A stretch of DNA of 64,000 bases, taken from NCBI GenBank assembly GCA_964628275.1, contig CAZVOI010000304.1:2892-66891 (forward strand). The letters run 5' to 3'. Under the pieces are notes generated by a model, which saw only the letters and a program-made list of their open reading frames with translations, did no database searches and had not been told where the DNA came from. Shown here piece after piece: positions 59,597-64,000 of this stretch. A program made the position numbers and the translations under genes. Each line of letters begins with the position of its first letter. Positions within the stretch are counted from its first letter, which is position 1. The stretch is from an uncultured Acidobacteriota bacterium. GTDB taxonomy: Bacteria; Acidobacteriota; Vicinamibacteria; Fen-336.

Positions 59597-60699
59597 GCCG
59601 CCTCTTGAGACCGGCCCGCGCGCTTGTACAGCAGGATCAACGTCACGCCGACGAAGCCCGCGGTTTGGATCAGGATCAGGAAGCTCTGGAACAGGTTCGC
59701 ATCGGAGAGCGACACCGCTCCCAGCCCCAGGCTGAGCGTGACCAGATACAGGAACAACACCGCGGCCCGGTGCGAAAAGCCGAGCGCTACGAGCGTATGC
59801 GAGAGATGCCGGCTGTCACCGACGTAGATCGGACGGCCCTCGCGCAGGCGGATGATGATGACCGAAGCGCTGTCCACGATCGGAACCGCCAGCACGATCG
59901 CCGGCATCAACACCGGAAACAAGGTGCCCGACGCGTGAGACACGTAGCGCTCGAGCAGCGTCATCGCCCCGAGCGCGAAGCCGATCAAGTGCGACCCGCA
60001 GTCGCCCAGGAAGACGGTGGCCGGCTGGAAGTTGAAGAACAGGAAGCCGAGCAGGCTGCCCATGAACGCGAGCAGGATCAAGCTCACGAAGTACTCGTCG
60101 AGCCGCCACGCGTTCACGAGCAGGATGAACGCCGCGAGAAAGGCGACCCCTCCCGACAGCCCGTCCATGTTGTCGAGCAGGTTGAAGGCGTTGGTGATTC
60201 CCACCAGCCAGACGATCGTGAGCGTCACGTTCATCCAGTCGTAGGGCAGGATCGAGGTCTTGACGTCGGCCGCAACCAGCACCGAAGCGGCCGCGATCTG
60301 CCCGATCAGCTTGAGCGCCACCGGAAAGCGAGAGCCCAGGACATCGTCGGCAAGCCCGACCGAAAAGGCGACGACGCAGCCCACGAAGAGCGCCACGAGC
60401 TTCGTCTCGACTCGGTACGCCTCCCGCAACATCGCCAGCGCGCTGCCCACCTGGGCCTGCACCCCCGGCAGCGTCTCGAGGCTCGGTCCCACCCAGACAC
60501 CGATCATGATCGCGCCCAGGAAGGTGAACAGGACGGCCCAACCGCCGGTTCGGGCCATGGGAACCTGATGTACCTTGCGCTCGCCGGGCTGGTCCATGAT
60601 GCCCAGGCGGCGCCCCGCCAGCCGTGTGACGGGAACGAGCAGAGCGGACGCGACCGTCGTTCCCATCAGGACCATGCCGGCGAGCAGGACGCGGTCCAA
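59593..60699 (-). CDS. Polyprenyl-phosphate sugar-1-phosphate transferase (WecA/MraY-like GT4 family initiating enzyme)
   Basis: 368 aa, about 10-11 TM helices. Motifs NAFNLLDNMDGLSGG and FLGDCGSHLIGF. TTG start. Confidence 0.88.
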   Translation of the reverse strand: MDRVLLAGMVLMGTTVASALLVPVTRLAGRRLGIMDQPGERKVHQVPMARTGGWAVLFTFLGAIMIGVWVGPSLETLPGVQAQVGSALAMLREAYRVETKLVALFVGCVVAFSVGLADDVLGSRFPVALKLIGQIAAASVLVAADVKTSILPYDWMNVTLTIVWLVGITNAFNLLDNMDGLSGGVAFLAAFILLVNAWRLDEYFVSLILLAFMGSLLGFLFFNFQPATVFLGDCGSHLIGFALGAMTLLERYVSHASGTLFPVLMPAIVLAVPIVDSASVIIIRLREGRPIYVGDSRHLSHTLVALGFSHRAAVLFLYLVTLSLGLGAVSLSDANLFQSFLILIQTAGFVGVTLILLYKRAGRSQEAA

Positions 60700-60960
60700 G
60701 CGGTCAGGCCCTCAGCAACTATTCCCCACGGCACGCGTCCCAAACGCTCGCCCCCCCCTGTTTGCACCCCACCTCATGCAATGGCTCATACTTCCGAGCC
60801 TCCGGCTGCAACCCGCTGTGCAGGCGACGCTTCACGTTTGTGGTGCCGAAGTCCCCGACTACGCGGCTGGCGAGCCCGTCTCGGCAAATGCTGCGACCGG
60901 GCCAACGGTGCCGAGCCCCCGGAGGGCGGGGGAGTACCTTGTCGGAGCAAGAGTGTTGGA

Positions 60961-62631
60961 TTATAGCGGCTTCTGGCTGATTCGAGCTATCAACTCTTTC
61001 TGGTAGAGCCGGATGCCGGAATGCGTCGGGTCCAGCGCCGCAGCCTGATCGATGTGCCGACGGGCCGCCGCCCCGTCCCCGCGCATGGCCTCGACCCATG
61101 CCAGATCGGCCCACGCCTGCGCGCCATAGGGGCGCAGATGGATGGACGCCTCCAGATCCGCCTGCGCCCTCCGAAGGCGGGTCGCGCGGAGCGGCCCGAC
61201 GCCACCCATGTCTCGCCATAGCACGCCGCGCAGCCGGAAGGCCTCGGCGAGATAGGGGTGGCGGGCAAGCGTCCCGTCCAGTCGGGCGATCCGCTCCTGG
61301 GCGTCGCGCGCCTCCAGCGCGCGGCTGAGTTGGACGGCTCCCCAGGCGCGCCAGCCCGCCGCGACTCCGACAGCGACGAGGAAGAGAGCGATCGCGCGGG
61401 TACGCACGGAGAAGCGAGCCCTGTCGCGCGGAACCTCGGCGCACGCCAGCCCGAGGAGCGTCGCGAAGAGGAGCGCGTTCGAGGGAATGCGCAGGTTGAA
61501 ATCGAAGCACGAATGGACGGCGAGCGCCACGACGGCGCTCAACGCGCCGACGCTACGCCCCTTCGCGAGCGGATCCGGCGCTTCGCGGAGGTTCCGGGCG
61601 ATTCGGCGCGCGGCGAGGATCCCAAGGAACAGCAGCAGGCTAGCGCCAAGCAGGCCGGTCTCGGCGAGCCACTCGAGAGCGTCGCTCTCCGCGTGTGTGA
61701 TACGAACGTCGCCGTGTCCTTGCTTGAACATCGTGACCGTGTCCGCGTAGGCGCCCAAACCCCAGCCAAAACCGGGCTGGGCCGCGAAAAGACGTAGCGT
61801 CGCTTTGGCCGTGTCGAAGCGATAGGTCGCCGACAGATCGCCCGGGCCGAGCAACCGAGTGAAACGACCCACGGCATCGGGTGCTACGGCCAACAACGCG
61901 AACCCGATCACGATCAGGGCGCTCACGCCGGCAAGCGCCAGCCCGCGACTGCCCTGGCGCTTTCGCGCCGAGCCGGCATAGGTCAACAGAATCGCGACGA
62001 TGCCGGCGCCGAGAGCCACCAGACCGCCGCGGCTCCGGCTCGCGAGGTGCGCCAGAAGCAGCGCCAAACTCAGTCCACCCAGGCCCAGAGCCACCGGCGT
62101 CGCCGCCCGCGCGCGACGGGCGTGGCCGATCGCGACACCGAGCGCCAGGAGCGCCGCCATCTCGACGAAGCCCGCGAAGTGGTTGTGGTTCACGAACGAC
62201 CCGAACGGCATCGAGATGCCGGTCCGCGCTTGACCATAGATGCGCTGCGGCCCGAGCGACCACTGGACGGCTCCGAACACGGCCTGCGCCGCAGCGACGA
62301 ACAGGATGGCGACGACGAGCCGCTTCGAGCGCGAACGGTCGCTCGCGAAGAGGAACGCGAGGGCAAGCGCGACCAGGGCCAGGAGCGACTCGACCGTTCG
62401 CACGGGCGAGGCCGTGCGCCCGAGCCCGAGCTGCGCGAGGGCCAGAAGGCCCAGCGCGAAGGGCGTCCACCGGATCGTCACCACTTCCGCCGCGACGCCG
62501 AGACTGCCGGCGATCAGGACCGCCGACCACAGGGCGAACGCGGCGGCGTCCGGCGCCCCTCCAAACGGCCATGGCGCGGCGACGATCGCGAGCAGGAAGA
62601 GCGCTTCGCCGATCTTCCCAAGGATCGTCAC
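60961..62631 (-). CDS. O-antigen ligase/polymerase family (Wzy_C) membrane protein fused to C-terminal TPR repeats
   Basis: 556 aa, about 10-12 TM helices, motif FVNHNHFAGFVEMAALL. The C-terminal ~150 aa are TPR-like (AEAFRLRGVLW...AQAWADLAWVEAMRGDGAAARRHIDQAAALDP). Confidence 0.8.
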   Translation of the reverse strand: MTILGKIGEALFLLAIVAAPWPFGGAPDAAAFALWSAVLIAGSLGVAAEVVTIRWTPFALGLLALAQLGLGRTASPVRTVESLLALVALALAFLFASDRSRSKRLVVAILFVAAAQAVFGAVQWSLGPQRIYGQARTGISMPFGSFVNHNHFAGFVEMAALLALGVAIGHARRARAATPVALGLGGLSLALLLAHLASRSRGGLVALGAGIVAILLTYAGSARKRQGSRGLALAGVSALIVIGFALLAVAPDAVGRFTRLLGPGDLSATYRFDTAKATLRLFAAQPGFGWGLGAYADTVTMFKQGHGDVRITHAESDALEWLAETGLLGASLLLFLGILAARRIARNLREAPDPLAKGRSVGALSAVVALAVHSCFDFNLRIPSNALLFATLLGLACAEVPRDRARFSVRTRAIALFLVAVGVAAGWRAWGAVQLSRALEARDAQERIARLDGTLARHPYLAEAFRLRGVLWRDMGGVGPLRATRLRRAQADLEASIHLRPYGAQAWADLAWVEAMRGDGAAARRHIDQAAALDPTHSGIRLYQKELIARISQKPL

Positions 62632-63794
62632 TCTGAGAGCCCTTTCGACGCGATCAACTCTCGGTAGATTCGATCCACGTCGTCGATGAGCCGCGCGTGG
62701 CCGTGTTGTTGGAGCACGTGCTCTTTCCCTAGAGCGGCGCGAGCGAGAGCCGCCGAACGATCGCGCAAGCTCTCGAGTATCGCCCGCGCCAGAGCCGCCG
62801 GATCCCGGGCCGGCACCAGCAGCCCGCGCTCGTCTTCCCCCAGCAGGTCCGGCGTTCCCCCCACCCGCGTGGCAACGACCGGCCTTCCCGCCGCCAGCGC
62901 CTCGATCAACGCCACCGGCGTACCCTCGTTCAATGACGAATTGACGACGAGGTCCAAGTCCCCCATGACCTCGGCCATGTCGCGCTTGAAGCCATGGAAG
63001 AAGACGGAGCGCGCCAAGCCCAACTCGCCGGTTCTCAGCTCGAGCGCCTCTCTCAACTCCCCGTCTCCGACGATCGCGAAGCGCACCTGAGCATCCTGCT
63101 CACGCACCAGCCGCGCCGCCTGCAGGAACGTCTCGATGTCTTTGATCGGAACCAGCCGACCCACGATGCCGACGAGCGACGCGTCGGTCGAGACCCCCGC
63201 TTCAGCGCGCAACACGCCTCTCGGAAGCGTCCCGGTGAGACCGTCGAGCTCCAGCCCGAGAGGAACGACTCGAAACTTCTCCGAAGCTGCGATGCCCATC
63301 TCGACCAGGTCGCTCTTCACCGCTTCCGACACGCTGATCAGAAGATCAGTGCCACGCGCCAGGACCCGCTCGATGCAACGGTAGAGAGCCGTTCTCACGG
63401 CCCCGAAATAGCCTCGCAGCACGTGCCCATGGTACGTGTGGACGACGATCGGCACGCCGGCCCAGCGCGCGGCGAGGCGGCCGACCACGCCGGCCTTGGC
63501 GGTGTGTGTGTGAACGATCGTGGGCCGGTACTCCCGGATCAACTTCACGAGCGACAGGACGACTCGCACGTCACTCCACGGCCGAACCTCCCGACCCAGG
63601 CCGTCGAGCTTCTGGTAGCCGATGCCGCGGCTCTCCGCCACGTGCAGCAGGTTGCCCTCGCGCGGCGCTTCCTGCCCGATCACCAAGCGTGTCTCGTAGC
63701 CGCGGTCTTTCATTCCCTCGGTGAGCAGAAGGACGTGAACCGAGGGCCCGCCAACGTTGAGACGCGAGAAGATGCGAAGGACGCGGACGCCCAA
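62628..63794 (-). CDS. Glycosyltransferase family 4 (GT-B, group 1)
   Basis: 388 aa. Motifs VGGPSVHVLLL and SLNEGTPVALIEALAAGRPVVATRVGGTPDLL (EX7E). Confidence 0.88.
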   Translation of the reverse strand: MGVRVLRIFSRLNVGGPSVHVLLLTEGMKDRGYETRLVIGQEAPREGNLLHVAESRGIGYQKLDGLGREVRPWSDVRVVLSLVKLIREYRPTIVHTHTAKAGVVGRLAARWAGVPIVVHTYHGHVLRGYFGAVRTALYRCIERVLARGTDLLISVSEAVKSDLVEMGIAASEKFRVVPLGLELDGLTGTLPRGVLRAEAGVSTDASLVGIVGRLVPIKDIETFLQAARLVREQDAQVRFAIVGDGELREALELRTGELGLARSVFFHGFKRDMAEVMGDLDLVVNSSLNEGTPVALIEALAAGRPVVATRVGGTPDLLGEDERGLLVPARDPAALARAILESLRDRSAALARAALGKEHVLQQHGHARLIDDVDRIYRELIASKGLSE

Positions 63795-63797
63795 GGT

Positions 63798-64000
63798 TCA
63801 GGCGACGCGCGGCGGCCCGAAGGCGACCTTCACGCGTTGGACGAGTTGCAGCTTCCGCTCGCGTCGGCGCAGGTACCCGCCGGCGGCCAGCACCAGCAGA
63901 GGCGCAATTACCTGTGCGCGGTAGCGGTAGGCCAGGCCCACGTTCGACGAGGTCACCGAGAAGGCAATCGTCAGCACGCCAGAGGCCATCAACAGCGCCA
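63798..64000 (-). CDS. C-terminal end of a membrane protein whose 5' part lies beyond the window (possibly polysaccharide-related)
   Basis: The frame is open to the window edge and has hydrophobic helices (LTIAFSVTSSNVGLAY, VIAPLLVLAAGGY). Lies 3 nt upstream of the GT4 gene. No motif allows a family call. Confidence 0.35.
   Translation of the reverse strand, partial: ALLMASGVLTIAFSVTSSNVGLAYRYRAQVIAPLLVLAAGGYLRRRERKLQLVQRVKVAFGPPRVA

Noticed and set aside
60762-60980. 72-aa plus-strand ORF in the EPS spacer.
   Set aside because: It has a TTG start without an SD and an Arg/Cys/Pro-rich composition. It runs antisense into the ligase gene end, and nothing supports coding.
1-64000. Search for CRISPR arrays, IS or transposase genes, integrases, toxin-antitoxin pairs, restriction-modification genes, or known defence-system signatures.
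   Set aside because: None was seen in any frame. The window reads as core chromosome plus an EPS locus.

Overview
High-GC (by eye, not computed) chromosomal segment from a diderm bacterium. Diderm evidence is Wza, outer-membrane barrels, a BamE-like protein and a MacA-type adaptor. Coding density is very high, and many neighbouring genes overlap by 1-4 nt (ATGA/GTGA/TAATG junctions), which suggests operons with translational coupling. I found no rRNA, tRNA, CRISPR array, IS element, integrase or prophage signature.

Gene content, left to right:
- AddB/AddA-type helicase-nuclease pair. The addA gene is cut by the window edge and is missing from the ORF track.
- cNMP-binding protein, threonine dehydratase, rhomboid protease.
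- An 841-aa HEAT/DUF349 repeat protein, a DUF4097 protein, an FKBP lipoprotein.
- amtB-glnK.
- A GGDEF-PilZ fusion, a YvlD-type membrane protein, an isolated trpF.
- A membrane-fused metallophosphoesterase, an ACT protein, a COG1579 zinc-ribbon gene coupled to RNase H, and pgeF.
- A degenerate AcpS-like gene coupled to a GH18-like gene, and two secreted/lipoproteins.
- A MacA/FtsX/FtsX/ATPase efflux operon.
- A complete minus-strand dcw cluster (47171 down to 30290): mraZ, mraZ, rsmH, ftsL, ftsI, murE, murF, mraY, murD, ftsW, murG, murC, ftsQ, ftsA, small ORF, ftsZ. It is followed on the same strand by a TIGR03960-type radical SAM gene.
- folC, an M20 amidohydrolase, and a fur / enolase-superfamily racemase / OM-barrel operon.
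- An exopolysaccharide locus: secreted repeat protein, FecR-domain protein, Wzc, Wza, OM barrel, WecA-like transferase, O-antigen-ligase-TPR protein, GT4 transferase.

Most noteworthy observations:
1. A 68-aa Cys-rich zinc-ribbon ORF with its own SD exactly fills the ftsA-ftsZ gap.
2. There are two intact tandem mraZ paralogs, each preceded by its own array of GTGG direct repeats. One array has perfect 10-bp phasing.
3. A perfect 11-bp GC-rich hairpin sits between ftsZ and the radical SAM gene.
4. A diguanylate cyclase is fused to an intact PilZ receptor.
5. An AcpS-fold protein has both Mg ligands substituted.

All functional calls come from reading motifs in the translations. No database search was run.
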